Positions 1 through 9,529 of a DNA stretch of 27,011 nt are shown here, piece after piece; the first letter of the stretch is position 1; each line of letters starts with the position of its first letter. Origin of the DNA: Candidatus Colwellbacteria bacterium RIFCSPLOWO2_12_FULL_43_11 (GTDB lineage: Bacteria; Patescibacteriota; Minisyncoccia; UBA6257; Colwellbacteraceae); the NCBI GenBank assembly GCA_001817805.1, contig MHJB01000011.1:1-27011 (forward strand). The letters run 5' to 3'. The notes below the pieces were generated by a model. It saw only the letters and a list, made by a program, of their open reading frames with translations. It ran no database searches and was not told the origin of the DNA. A program made the translations under genes and the position numbers.

Positions 1-1065
1 CTTTGATTTAACAATCTTATTTTTAGCGAAGCTAACCTCTTCATGAGTTAACCCCTCGTCTACGATTCTTTTCATTTCTCCTGTGATTATATCCAAGGTT
101 TCTTGTAATTTCTCTTTAAGCACAGAAGTTTGTATCCACATAAATCCGGCGTCGGACAAAGTATTGGCTCCGGCAGAGACCCCATACACCAAGCCTCTTT
201 CGTAACGGAGCTTTTTGGACAATGTTGAAGCTCTCCCTCCGCCTATAATATTAGCGATAACTCTTAGAGCTGGAATGTCGGCGTTTTTCCCTCCAACTAT
301 TCTAAAGCCAAAAGTAAAGTTTGCCTTGTCTGTATTCTTATCGTACTCAATCATTACGGTTTTCTTTCTTATAACCGGAAGCTCTTTGTTTAAAATAAGC
401 CTTGGTGTTTGAGGTAAAAGAATTTTATTTTCACACTCTTTGATTAAGTCTTCTAGTTTTACCCCGCCGCTTACTACCAATATCATTCTTCCTGATACTA
501 AATTATTTTTGTAAAACTCTATAACATCTTCTTTAGTCGTGGCATTTATAGATTCTTCCGAACCGAGTACGGGTCTATTAAGTTCGGTACTCTGAAAAAA
601 TAGGGTGTTATACATCATACGGACCAATCCTTGAGGAGTGGATTTGGTTTGCCCTAATTCTCTTAAAATAGAACCCCTTTCGGTCTCCAAGGTTTTGTCT
701 TCAAAAGTTGGTTCTAATAGCATTTCGTGTAAAACATCAAAAGCCTTGCTCATGTCGGCTGGATCGCCAATCGATATCCATACGTTCATAGTGTAGGTTG
801 TTGTTGAAGCGCTGAATACACCGCCGTACTGTTCTATGTAAGTGGCAAGTTTATCTTTTGAAGGGAATCTGTTGCTTCCTGCAACTATCATATGCTCCAG
901 AAAATGAGCTGTCCCTTCTTTGCCGATTTTATCGAATCTGGAACCGCTAAGAAAAATTACGTTAATAGCTAAAGGCATTCCCGGTCTTTCAAATAAAACC
1001 AACTTACAGCCATTAGATAAAATGGCCTCACGAAGAGTAACTCCCAAATCTTCAATTCTTAGCAT
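1..1065 (-). CDS. M16 (pitrilysin/insulinase) family zinc peptidase, 3'-partial (runs off window start)
   Basis: Manual translation from ATG at 1065: MLRIEDLG...KEGTAHFLEHMIVAGS (inverted HxxEH zinc motif), later KLRYERGLVYGVSA, typical of the M16 C-domain. Absent from the ORF track because no stop lies inside the window. Confidence 0.9.
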   Translation of the reverse strand, partial: MLRIEDLGVTLREAILSNGCKLVLFERPGMPLAINVIFLSGSRFDKIGKEGTAHFLEHMIVAGSNRFPSKDKLATYIEQYGGVFSASTTTYTMNVWISIGDPADMSKAFDVLHEMLLEPTFEDKTLETERGSILRELGQTKSTPQGLVRMMYNTLFFQSTELNRPVLGSEESINATTKEDVIEFYKNNLVSGRMILVVSGGVKLEDLIKECENKILLPQTPRLILNKELPVIRKKTVMIEYDKNTDKANFTFGFRIVGGKNADIPALRVIANIIGGGRASTLSKKLRYERGLVYGVSAGANTLSDAGFMWIQTSVLKEKLQETLDIITGEMKRIVDEGLTHEEVSFAKNKIVKSK

Positions 1066-1075
1066 TTAATTTTTG

Positions 1076-1147
1076 TTGCGGGGGCGGGAATTGCACCCAC
1101 TACCTTCAGCTTATGAGGCTGACGAGCAACTGTTACTCTTCCCCGCG
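1076..1147 (-). tRNA. tRNA-Met(CAT), initiator-type acceptor stem, no encoded CCA
   Basis: Minus strand CGCGGGG AA GAGT AACAGTT GCTC G TCAGC CTCATAA GCTGA AGGTA GTGGG TGCAATT CCCGC CCCCGCA A forms a full cloverleaf with C1xA72 mismatch and A11-U24. Confidence 0.9.
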
Positions 1148-1171
1148 ATACAGGCCTTTATAAGTACTCGC

Positions 1172-1200
1172 ATTTTAGTCGTCCAACCGATATTTGTCAA
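1172..1200 (-). promoter_or_regulatory. sigma70-type promoter for tRNA-Met
   Basis: Minus strand TTGACA (1200-1195), 17 nt, TAAAAT (1177-1172). Confidence 0.7.
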
Positions 1201-1231
1201 AGAATATTTTAACAGTGTATTATTACTAAAC

Positions 1232-2224
1232 ATGAATCTAAAAGAACTACAGCGCAAGGCATTTGAAGAAGCCGAAAATATTGAGAAGAAAGAACACCTG
1301 GAGTCTTTTCGTATTAAGTACTTAGGCCGCAAAGGGGAGCTTACTAATATTCTCCGCTCTCTTAAAGACCTGCCGGTTGATGAAAGAAAATCCGTGGGAG
1401 TTGATGCTAATAAGTTAAAAATTGAACTGGAACAAATTGTCGCTTTCAAAGAAAAAGAAATAGGCTCTTTGGGTGAAGAGAGCGTCATAGATATAACTCG
1501 TCCGGGCAAGAAAGTGAACCTTGGCCATCTCCACCCTTTAACTAAAATTGAAGAAGAGATAAGAAACATATTCACTTCGCTTAATTTTTCCGTGGTAGAA
1601 GGCCCGGAGCTGGAAACCGAGTACTTTAACTTCGACGCTTTGAATATCCCGGCCTCTCATCCGGCAAGAGATATGTGGGATACCTTCTGGTTGAAAGAAG
1701 GGGGCAAAGCCAAAGAAAGAAGGCTTATGCGTACTCACACATCGCCGGTGCAAATCAGGTTTATGGAAACTCACAAACCGCCCTTTCAGATAATCGTGCC
1801 TGGGCGCGTTTTCCGCTATGAAGCGACAGACGCCTCGCATGAAATAAACTTCTACCAACTAGAGGGCCTCATGGTGGGACAAAATATAAGTCTCGCTAAC
1901 TTTAAATTTATCGTAGAAACTTTCTTTAAAAAGCTTTTTGGCAAAAATATTGAGTTCCGTTTTAGACCATCTTATTTCCCGTTTACCGAACCGAGTGTTG
2001 AGGTTGATATAAAGTTTCCCACGAAGGGCAGGGGAGATTGGCTGGAAGTATTGGGGGCTGGAATGGTTCACCCCAGAGTTTTCGAATCGGCTCATCTGAA
2101 CCCGCGGGATATTCAAGGCTTTGCCTTTGGCGTAGGTATAGACCGTTTGGCTATGATCAAATACAAAATTCCGGATATCCGCCTCTTTTATTCCGGTGAC
2201 CTAAGATTTATTAATCAATTTTAA
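1232..2224 (+). CDS. pheS: phenylalanyl-tRNA synthetase alpha subunit
   Basis: Motifs GHLHP, FDALNIP.HPARDMWDTF, RTHTSPVQ, YFPFTEPS, GFAFGVGIDRLAM. Start moved to ATG 1232 because the longer ORF overlaps the tRNA. Confidence 0.97.
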   Translation: MNLKELQRKAFEEAENIEKKEHLESFRIKYLGRKGELTNILRSLKDLPVDERKSVGVDANKLKIELEQIVAFKEKEIGSLGEESVIDITRPGKKVNLGHLHPLTKIEEEIRNIFTSLNFSVVEGPELETEYFNFDALNIPASHPARDMWDTFWLKEGGKAKERRLMRTHTSPVQIRFMETHKPPFQIIVPGRVFRYEATDASHEINFYQLEGLMVGQNISLANFKFIVETFFKKLFGKNIEFRFRPSYFPFTEPSVEVDIKFPTKGRGDWLEVLGAGMVHPRVFESAHLNPRDIQGFAFGVGIDRLAMIKYKIPDIRLFYSGDLRFINQF

Positions 2225-2228
2225 TAGT

Positions 2229-4139
2229 ATGAAGTTTTCTTACTCTTTACTTAAAAAACTTGTTCCCGGAATTCCCAGTAAGGAGAAATTTGCCGATGTT
2301 ATAAACTTAAAAGCATTTGAAGTTGAAGAGGCAACCGGAAACTCAATGGAGATTAAAATCACTCCTAATCGCTTTGCCGATGCTGCTTCTCACTGGGGGA
2401 TGGCCCTGGAAGCAGCCGCTATTTTTAATTTAAAAACTAAGCTTGATGATAAACCGCTTAATATTCCTAAGGGTAAGGGCAAGGTAAGGGTTGTGGTAGA
2501 AAATAAGCACGCTTGTCCGGTCTACGTTGCCCATTATTTAGAAGTTGTGAAAATTGGAGAAACGCCGGCTTGGATTAAAAGCGTGTTGGAAGATTGCGGA
2601 CTGCGTCCTATAAATCCTGTTGTCGATATTATGAACTACGTTATGTTGGAAACCGGTCAGCCACTTCATGCCTTCGATGCCGATAAGCTGGATGGGAGTA
2701 TAGTCGTTAGATTTGCTAAGCAGGGTGAAAAAATTGTTTCTTTGGACAACCATTCTTATACTCTCACCAAAGAAGATTTAGTTATTGCCGATAAATCGGG
2801 GGCTCTCGCCATAGCAGGCATTAAAGGAGGGAAGCGCGCTGAAGTAGATAAAAATACCAAGCGAATTATAGTAGAAGCCGCTAACTTTAATCAGGCCAAT
2901 ATCTATAAGACAATGAAGAGGATTGCTCTTCAGACAGATGCTTCAATGAGGTTCTCGAGGGGCCTTAGCCCCTATTCAGCCTCTATTGGAGCTAATAGGG
3001 CATCAGGCCTATTAAAAGAGGTTATTAAGGCCAAAGTAGTCGATTCTCTCGTGGTTGCGGGTAAGCTTCCTGGTAAAGAAATTATAGAGTTTAATACCGA
3101 TAAATTTAATTCTCTTATCGGCCTTTCTTTGGGCAAAAAACAAGCTGCCGATTATTTGAAGTCATTAGGGTTTAAAATTATTACCAAAGCTCTAAAAAAT
3201 AAAAATTCCTTCTTGGTTGAGGTCCCGCCCTTAAGGCAAGATGTCACTATTTTTGAAGATCTGGCCGAAGAAGTTGTGAGGCTCTATGGCGTTAACGACT
3301 TGAAACCAACCCCTCCTTTAGTGGGCTTAGTGCCGGTGGAGTCCGACGACATAGTAAACCTGAAGAAGGAATTGAGAACTATTTTAGTCGGCTTCGGTTT
3401 TAGCGAGGTCTATAATTATTCTTTCGTGGATAAAAAAGAGGCCGATTCTTTGGAACTTATGAATCCGATTGCAGAGGATAAGAAGTATTTACGCGTATCG
3501 CTCTCCCATGGATTAAAATCCAACATTACTTTAAACGCGCGTGAATTCGCAACTTTGAGAATATTCGAGATTGGGAAAGTTTTCTCTACTAAAAATGAAG
3601 AAGCGAGGTTCGCGCTAGGCGTTAAAGAGCCTGAGGCGATGTTGCATCTTAAAGGCATTATTTCCCAGTTGTTAAAGCGCCTCGGTCTCACGGATATATT
3701 GATGAAAGATGAAAGTAACAATTCTTTAACTATTAAATCCGATGGCGTGGTTTTGGGAGTAGCTCATTCTTTAAATAGTAACTCTGCCATAGCCGAACTT
3801 AATCTGGATGCTCTATTAAAAATTGTTATCGCCGAAAACGAATACCGTCCATTGTCTAAATATCCTTCGATTAGCAGGGACATATCTTTGGTGGTGCCTC
3901 GAGACATTAAAGTCGGGCAAGTACTGGAAGTTATAGACGATGTTAATTTAAACCACATTCAAAACGTGGATTTAATAGATTATTTCGACAATTTTGAGGA
4001 CGATAAAAGCCGCCTAAGCCTTACTTTTCGGCTGGTTTTCCGGTCCGAAGAGAAGACTTTAACTGATGAAGAAGTGGATAAAGAATTCAAAAAAGTAGAA
4101 GCCGCCCTAGTTTCTAAAATCAGAGCAGTTATACGTTAA
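2229..4139 (+). CDS. pheT: phenylalanyl-tRNA synthetase beta subunit, short form (636 aa)
   Basis: ITPNR, INPVVDIMNYVMLETGQPLHAFD, EDLAEEVVRLYG and a C-terminal ferredoxin-fold anticodon-binding domain (YPSISRDIS...SLTFRLVFRSEEKTLTD); follows pheS. Confidence 0.96.
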   Translation: MKFSYSLLKKLVPGIPSKEKFADVINLKAFEVEEATGNSMEIKITPNRFADAASHWGMALEAAAIFNLKTKLDDKPLNIPKGKGKVRVVVENKHACPVYVAHYLEVVKIGETPAWIKSVLEDCGLRPINPVVDIMNYVMLETGQPLHAFDADKLDGSIVVRFAKQGEKIVSLDNHSYTLTKEDLVIADKSGALAIAGIKGGKRAEVDKNTKRIIVEAANFNQANIYKTMKRIALQTDASMRFSRGLSPYSASIGANRASGLLKEVIKAKVVDSLVVAGKLPGKEIIEFNTDKFNSLIGLSLGKKQAADYLKSLGFKIITKALKNKNSFLVEVPPLRQDVTIFEDLAEEVVRLYGVNDLKPTPPLVGLVPVESDDIVNLKKELRTILVGFGFSEVYNYSFVDKKEADSLELMNPIAEDKKYLRVSLSHGLKSNITLNAREFATLRIFEIGKVFSTKNEEARFALGVKEPEAMLHLKGIISQLLKRLGLTDILMKDESNNSLTIKSDGVVLGVAHSLNSNSAIAELNLDALLKIVIAENEYRPLSKYPSISRDISLVVPRDIKVGQVLEVIDDVNLNHIQNVDLIDYFDNFEDDKSRLSLTFRLVFRSEEKTLTDEEVDKEFKKVEAALVSKIRAVIR

Positions 4140-4262
4140 ATAAGCTCATAAATACTGGGCTTTGAAGGCCTATCGGTAGTTTGTTTTTGAGGCCCATCTA
4201 GGGTATAATTATCAGTGCCTTAGGGAAAGGCATTTTAATTTATACTCTATTTTTAAACATTA

Positions 4263-6185
4263 ATGGCTAAAAAAGAAGAAAAAAAGCAGGGGTCTTATAC
4301 AGCTGCCGACATATACGTTTTAGAAGGGCTGGACCCTGTTAGAAAGCGTCCCGGAATGTATATCGGTACAACCGATACCGCCGGACTGCACCATCTTATT
4401 TGGGAAGTAGTTGATAACTCTATTGACGAAGCTATGGCAGGATTTGCGAACGACATCGAAGTTCGTATTTTAAAGGGCAATGTGGTGAGCGTCCTGGATA
4501 ACGGCCGAGGCATACCAGTTGAGGTTCACAAACAAACTAAAAAGTCCGCCTTGGAAACGGTTATGACAACTCTGCACGCTGGGGGCAAGTTTGGCGGAGA
4601 ATCTTATAAAGTTTCCGGTGGTTTGCATGGAGTAGGAGTTTCCGTTGTTAATGCCTTGTCCCTTTCGCTTAAAGCCGAAGTCACCCGCGAGGGTAAACTT
4701 TATGTACAAGAATATGAAAGGGGTATACCTAAACAAAAAGTTAAAGAAGTCGGCAAGGGGGGACGCACCGGCACTAAAATAACTTTTTCTCCCGACCCAA
4801 CAATTTTTCCCAAAACAGATTTTGATAAGAAAAAAGTAATAGACCATTTGCGTCAGCAAGCCTATCTCACCAAAGGAATCAGAATTGTTTTTATTGACGA
4901 AAGAGAAGAGATTCCTTACTACCACGCCTTTAAATTTGATGGAGGCATTAAATCTTTCTTGGACTACCTGGATGAAGATGGCGATAAATTAATTCACGAC
5001 AACGTCTTTTACGTTGAGAAGGAATATGAAAATGTGGGAGTGGAGGCGGCTTTCGCCTACAACGAAGGTATGGACATAAATGAATTATCTTTTGCCAATA
5101 ATATTCATACGACAGACGGGGGCATGCACTTAACCGGTTTTAGATCAGCCTTAACGAGGGCCTTAAACGACTACGGTAGAAAGGAGGGATTCATAAAAGA
5201 GAAAGAAGACAACCTTACGGGCGATGATGTAAGAGAAGGCTTAACGACCGTTGTGTCCGTTAAAATCAGAGAGCCCCAGTTTGAAGGGCAAACTAAGGCT
5301 AGATTGGGCAATACCGAGGCTAGAACGGCAGTTGAGGCAGTCGTAGGCGAGGCTCTAAAATCATTTTTAGAAACCCATCCCAATGACGCCAGGTCTATTG
5401 TTGGCCGTGCTTTGCTTGCCGCTAAAGCGAGGGCTGCGGCCAAGGCTGCCAAGGAAACAATTCTACGCAAGGGGGCTCTTGATGGGCTGGCTTTACCCGG
5501 TAAGTTAGCCGACTGCCAGACAAAAAAAGCGGAAGATGCGGAAATATTTATTGTTGAGGGAGACTCTGCCGGTGGTAGCGCTAAACAAGGAAGGGATAGG
5601 AGATTCCAGGCGATACTTCCTTTAAGGGGCAAGATATTAAACGTTGAGAAAGCGAGGGTTGATAAAATTTTGGCCAATAAAGAAATTAGATCTCTTGTTA
5701 TCGCTATGGGCACGGCCATTGCCGAAGAGTTTGATATATCAAAGTTGAGATATCACAAAATAGTCATTATGACCGATGCCGATGTCGATGGAGCTCACAT
5801 TAGAACCTTACTCCTGAGTTTGTTCTATCGTCACTTCCCGAAAGTTATTGAAGCCGGACATTTATATATCGCTACACCGCCGCTTTACCGTATTCAGAGT
5901 GGTAAGACAGTGAGATACGTTTATGACGAGGTAGAAAAAGAAAAAGCCATTAAAGAATTTAAAGTTAACGCCAATATCCAGAGATATAAAGGTTTAGGAG
6001 AGATGAATCCCAGTCAGCTTTGGGAAACCACCATGGATCCGAGCGTGAGAATTCTGAAGCAAATTACCGTGGAAGACGCCAAAGAGGCCGATAAACTCCT
6101 GGATATTCTAATGGGCTCCGAAGTTATGCCTCGTAAGCACTTCATCATGAGTAAGGGACATCAGGTAACAAACCTTGATTTATAA
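4263..6185 (+). CDS. gyrB: DNA gyrase subunit B
   Basis: VRKRPGMYIG, EVVDNSIDE, DNGRGIP, LHAGGKF, SGGLHGVG, VEGDSAGG, LPLRGKILN, MTDADVDG, QRYKGLGEMN. Confidence 0.95.
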   Translation: MAKKEEKKQGSYTAADIYVLEGLDPVRKRPGMYIGTTDTAGLHHLIWEVVDNSIDEAMAGFANDIEVRILKGNVVSVLDNGRGIPVEVHKQTKKSALETVMTTLHAGGKFGGESYKVSGGLHGVGVSVVNALSLSLKAEVTREGKLYVQEYERGIPKQKVKEVGKGGRTGTKITFSPDPTIFPKTDFDKKKVIDHLRQQAYLTKGIRIVFIDEREEIPYYHAFKFDGGIKSFLDYLDEDGDKLIHDNVFYVEKEYENVGVEAAFAYNEGMDINELSFANNIHTTDGGMHLTGFRSALTRALNDYGRKEGFIKEKEDNLTGDDVREGLTTVVSVKIREPQFEGQTKARLGNTEARTAVEAVVGEALKSFLETHPNDARSIVGRALLAAKARAAAKAAKETILRKGALDGLALPGKLADCQTKKAEDAEIFIVEGDSAGGSAKQGRDRRFQAILPLRGKILNVEKARVDKILANKEIRSLVIAMGTAIAEEFDISKLRYHKIVIMTDADVDGAHIRTLLLSLFYRHFPKVIEAGHLYIATPPLYRIQSGKTVRYVYDEVEKEKAIKEFKVNANIQRYKGLGEMNPSQLWETTMDPSVRILKQITVEDAKEADKLLDILMGSEVMPRKHFIMSKGHQVTNLDL

Positions 6186-6213
6186 ACGATTTTTTATTAA
6201 CCTACATAAATAA

Positions 6214-6399
6214 ATGTTCCATAGAATCAAGTCATTTTTGGCGGAATCTCGCGAAGAGTTTAAGCGAGTCAATTGGCCCACGAGAAACGAGGCTGTGAAA
6301 ATGGTTTTTGTAGTCGTCGCCATTTCAGCCGTGATAGCCCTTTTCTTGGGCGCCATAGATTACTTCCTTATCGGGCTCTTGGAGAAAATTGTATCTTAA
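6214..6399 (+). CDS. secE: preprotein translocase subunit SecE
   Basis: FLAESREEFKRVNWP motif plus one TM helix; directly upstream of nusG. Confidence 0.93.
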   Translation: MFHRIKSFLAESREEFKRVNWPTRNEAVKMVFVVVAISAVIALFLGAIDYFLIGLLEKIVS

Positions 6400-6400
6400 T

Positions 6401-6958
6401 ATGACCAGAACCATAAAAGAGGAAAAATCAGATTTAAAGCGCTGGTATGCGGTACATACCTATGCCGGCTATGAAGACGCCGTAGCGCGTTATTTAAAGC
6501 AACGTGTTGAGTCTCTGGCTATGACCGACAAGATTTTCAATATCATAGTCCCTAAAGAGAAGAATATTAAAATTAAAAACGGTAAACGCATCACGGTAGA
6601 GGAGAAGATCTACCCCGGATATGTCTTGGTAGAAATGTTTATGGAAGCCGATTCTTGGTATGTGGTTAGAAATACTCCTCGGGTAACGGGTTTCGTAGGC
6701 TCGGATACCACTAGTCCCACGCCCCTCTCTTATGAAGAGGTCGAGTCGCTCAAAGCCAGAATGGCTGGCGCGGACCCTAAATTTAAAATTGATTTTAAAC
6801 TGGGAGAGATGGTACGTATTACCGATGGCCCTTTTAAGGATTACGACGGCAAAGTTTCAGAGGTTGATGATGATAGGGGTAGAGTTAAAGTCTTAGTACC
6901 GGTTTTCGGTAGGGACACCGCGGTTGAACTGGACTCATTGCAGATTAAGAAAATTTAA
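6401..6958 (+). CDS. nusG: transcription termination/antitermination factor NusG
   Basis: WYAVHTYAGYE, YPGYVLVEM, VRNTPRVTGFVG and KOW motif GEMVRITDGPF; ATG 6401 chosen as start. Confidence 0.96.
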   Translation: MTRTIKEEKSDLKRWYAVHTYAGYEDAVARYLKQRVESLAMTDKIFNIIVPKEKNIKIKNGKRITVEEKIYPGYVLVEMFMEADSWYVVRNTPRVTGFVGSDTTSPTPLSYEEVESLKARMAGADPKFKIDFKLGEMVRITDGPFKDYDGKVSEVDDDRGRVKVLVPVFGRDTAVELDSLQIKKI

Positions 6959-6974
6959 ATATAATTAACTAACT

Positions 6975-7403
6975 ATGGCAGCAAAGAAAATTAAGACAAC
7001 AATTAAGATACAAATCCCGGCAGCTAAGGCTAATCCGGCGCCTCCGATTGGTACCGCTTTAGGCCCTCAGGGCGTGAATATTCAAGAGTTCTGTAAGCAG
7101 TTTAACGAGGCTACCAAAGATATGGGTACGGACATTGTGCCGGCTGAAATAACAATCTTTGAAGACAGGAGTTTCACCTTTAAACTTAGGACTCCGCCGG
7201 CATCGGATTTAATCCGCAAAGCCGCTGGCATTGAAAAAGGTTCAGGCGTGCCTAATAAAAATAAGGTTGGCAAAATAACCAAAGCCGATTTGAGAAAAAT
7301 TGCCGAACGTAAGATGGCGGACTTGAATGCCTACGATCTCCCGGCCGCCGAAAAAATTATCGCGGGTACTGCCCGCTCCATGGGAGTAGAGTTAATAGAT
7401 TAG
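6975..7403 (+). CDS. rplK: 50S ribosomal protein L11
   Basis: [27 protein letters not shown]. Confidence 0.98.
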   Translation: MAAKKIKTTIKIQIPAAKANPAPPIGTALGPQGVNIQEFCKQFNEATKDMGTDIVPAEITIFEDRSFTFKLRTPPASDLIRKAAGIEKGSGVPNKNKVGKITKADLRKIAERKMADLNAYDLPAAEKIIAGTARSMGVELID

Positions 7404-7409
7404 GTTTGA

Positions 7410-8072
7410 ATGTACGGTAAGCTTATAGCGTTTGAGGGTATCGATGGCGTCGGTAAAGACACTCAACTTAAGCTTCTCAAAGAAAAACTGGATAGCGAGA
7501 GCGTAAAGTATAAAGCCGTCTCTTTCCCCAGGCACAATGAGCCATCGGCTTATTTTGTCGATAATTACTTATCTTTGAATAAACCTTATGGGGAAGCCGG
7601 TGAGTTGGATGCTTATCAAGCTTCGGTTTTCTACTCACTGGATAGATACGACGCGAGTTTTGAAATAAAGAAGTGGCTTTCGGGTGAGAACCTTGTAATT
7701 GCCGACCGCTACACCGGCTCAAATATCGGACATCAAGGTGGTAAATTAAACGATGAAGAAAGGAAAAAGTTTGTAGATTGGCTAATGGACTTTGAATACA
7801 GAGTATTGGGAATCCCAAAGCCCGCTTTCAGTATTATTTTATGGCTACCAATCGAAGTAGTACAAGCCCGTATTAATTCCCGCGGTAGAGCCAAGGATGG
7901 GCATGAGGTTAATGCCGACCATCTTAAAAAAGCCCAAGCATCTTACTTGTGGGCTTCCAAGCATTACCCCGAAGACTTTAAAGTTGTAAAATGCTTTGAA
8001 GAGGAGCGGGAACTTAACCCGCAAGAGGTTCACGAAAAGGTCTGGAAGATAGTTAAAGATGCTATTAAATAA
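7410..8072 (+). CDS. tmk: thymidylate (dTMP) kinase
   Basis: LIAFEGIDGVGKDTQ P-loop, FPR motif, IADRY motif. Confidence 0.92.
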   Translation: MYGKLIAFEGIDGVGKDTQLKLLKEKLDSESVKYKAVSFPRHNEPSAYFVDNYLSLNKPYGEAGELDAYQASVFYSLDRYDASFEIKKWLSGENLVIADRYTGSNIGHQGGKLNDEERKKFVDWLMDFEYRVLGIPKPAFSIILWLPIEVVQARINSRGRAKDGHEVNADHLKKAQASYLWASKHYPEDFKVVKCFEEERELNPQEVHEKVWKIVKDAIK

Positions 8073-8074
8073 AT

Positions 8075-9481
8075 ATGGAAAACGAAAAGTATAAAACTAC
8101 CATAGGACTGGAAATCCATGCGGAGCTTAAAACTAAGTCCAAAATGTTCTGTGATTGTAAGAACGACCCGGATAAGAAGAGTCCGAACGTTAATGTTTGC
8201 CCGGTTTGCTTGGCTCATCCCGGAGTATTGCCCACTATAAATAGGCAAGCTGTGGAGTTTGTTGTTAAGCTGGGTTTGGCCTTGGGTGGAAAAATCCCCG
8301 AACACTCCAAATTTGATAGGAAAAGTTATTTCTATCCAGACTTACCGAAGGGTTATCAAATCTCTCAATATGATGAACCGCTCGTTTCCGGCGGCATACT
8401 AAACGGTGTGCATTTAACCCGTATTCACCTGGAAGAGGATACTGGCCGTCTTCAGCATGGTTCTAAAAACAGTTCTTTGGTTGATTTTAACCGCGCTGGC
8501 GTTCCTCTTATGGAGCTGGTTACCGAACCCGATATTAAATCAGCCGATGAAGCTCTGGCCTTCGCTAAAGAGCTTCAATTAACTCTAAGATACCTTGGCA
8601 TATCGGACGCTGATATGGAAAAGGGGCAGATGAGAGTTGAGGCCAATGTTTCTGTTTCTAAGGGCTCCGAATTGGGTACGAAAGTTGAGGTAAAAAATCT
8701 GAATTCCTTCCAATCTGTTAAAGGCGCAATTGAGTACGAAGTTAAAAGACACATAGAAGCTTTAGAAAAAGGCGAAAAAATTGTGCAAGCCACAGCGGGC
8801 TGGGATACTGTTAAGGGGGTTACTTACATTCAGAGGATTAAAGAAAATGCCCATGATTATAGGTATATGCCCGAGCCTGACTTACCGCCCCTTGAGATAA
8901 CGGCAGATGTGTTGGAAAGACTTAAAAGAGATATCCCGGAGCTCCCCAGTGAGAAAAGGGTTAGATTTGTGAAGGAATATGGGTTAAGCGAGACCCAGGC
9001 TAATACTCTGTCATTCGATAGAGACATAGCCGAATTTTATGAAGAGACTATGTCGGAAAAGGAAAAGGCTTCGGCAGAACTTGTTTTTAATTATCTAACA
9101 AGCGATTTCTTGGGGCTGGTAAACGCGGCTCAAATAACTCCTAAAGAATCCAAAATCACACCGGCTAAGTTTGCCGACTTACTTGATTTAGTGGAGGAAG
9201 GGACGCTAAACAGCCGTAAAGCTAAGGATGTCTTAAAAGAAATGTGGGAGACTGGCTTGGACCCGCACGATATTAAAGATTCAGTTTCTCAGATTACCGA
9301 TACATCGGCTTTAAAAGAAACAGTAATTAAAATCATTGAAGCCAATCCCAAGGCCGTTGAAGACTATAAAAAAGGCAAAGGGAATTCTTTGCAATTTCTT
9401 ATTGGTAAAGCCATGGCCGAACTTAAGGGGAGGGGGAACCCCGAACTCTTGCGAAAGATTTTTGAGGAAAACTTAAACTGA
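8075..9481 (+). CDS. gatB: Asp/Glu-tRNA amidotransferase subunit B
   Basis: IGLEIHAEL, CPVCLAHPG, RKSYFYPDLPKGYQISQY, HLEEDTG, NRAGVPLMELVTEP, YRYMPEPDL. Confidence 0.97.
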   Translation: MENEKYKTTIGLEIHAELKTKSKMFCDCKNDPDKKSPNVNVCPVCLAHPGVLPTINRQAVEFVVKLGLALGGKIPEHSKFDRKSYFYPDLPKGYQISQYDEPLVSGGILNGVHLTRIHLEEDTGRLQHGSKNSSLVDFNRAGVPLMELVTEPDIKSADEALAFAKELQLTLRYLGISDADMEKGQMRVEANVSVSKGSELGTKVEVKNLNSFQSVKGAIEYEVKRHIEALEKGEKIVQATAGWDTVKGVTYIQRIKENAHDYRYMPEPDLPPLEITADVLERLKRDIPELPSEKRVRFVKEYGLSETQANTLSFDRDIAEFYEETMSEKEKASAELVFNYLTSDFLGLVNAAQITPKESKITPAKFADLLDLVEEGTLNSRKAKDVLKEMWETGLDPHDIKDSVSQITDTSALKETVIKIIEANPKAVEDYKKGKGNSLQFLIGKAMAELKGRGNPELLRKIFEENLN

Positions 9482-9529
9482 TTTAGTTATAAGGTTTTCA
9501 CTCTGTAAATTTTGTGATATAAATCAAAC

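Noticed and set aside
1073-1231. 53-aa N-terminal extension of PheS in the ORF track
   Set aside because: It is the antisense of tRNA-Met and its promoter; PheS similarity begins at ATG 1232.
2014-2037. Possible decayed palindromic insert in pheS (FPTKGRGD)
   Set aside because: Weak pairing in a naturally variable loop and no match to the two repeat families.
5171-5719. Long antisense or alternate-frame ORFs (e.g. 1111-1575, 5171-5719, 13762-14349, 18783-19112)
   Set aside because: Shadow frames of conserved genes with no motifs.
9479-9481. TGA recoding (genetic code 25)
   Set aside because: gatB, the transpeptidase and pcm end at TGA at expected lengths, and long genes are intact under code 11.
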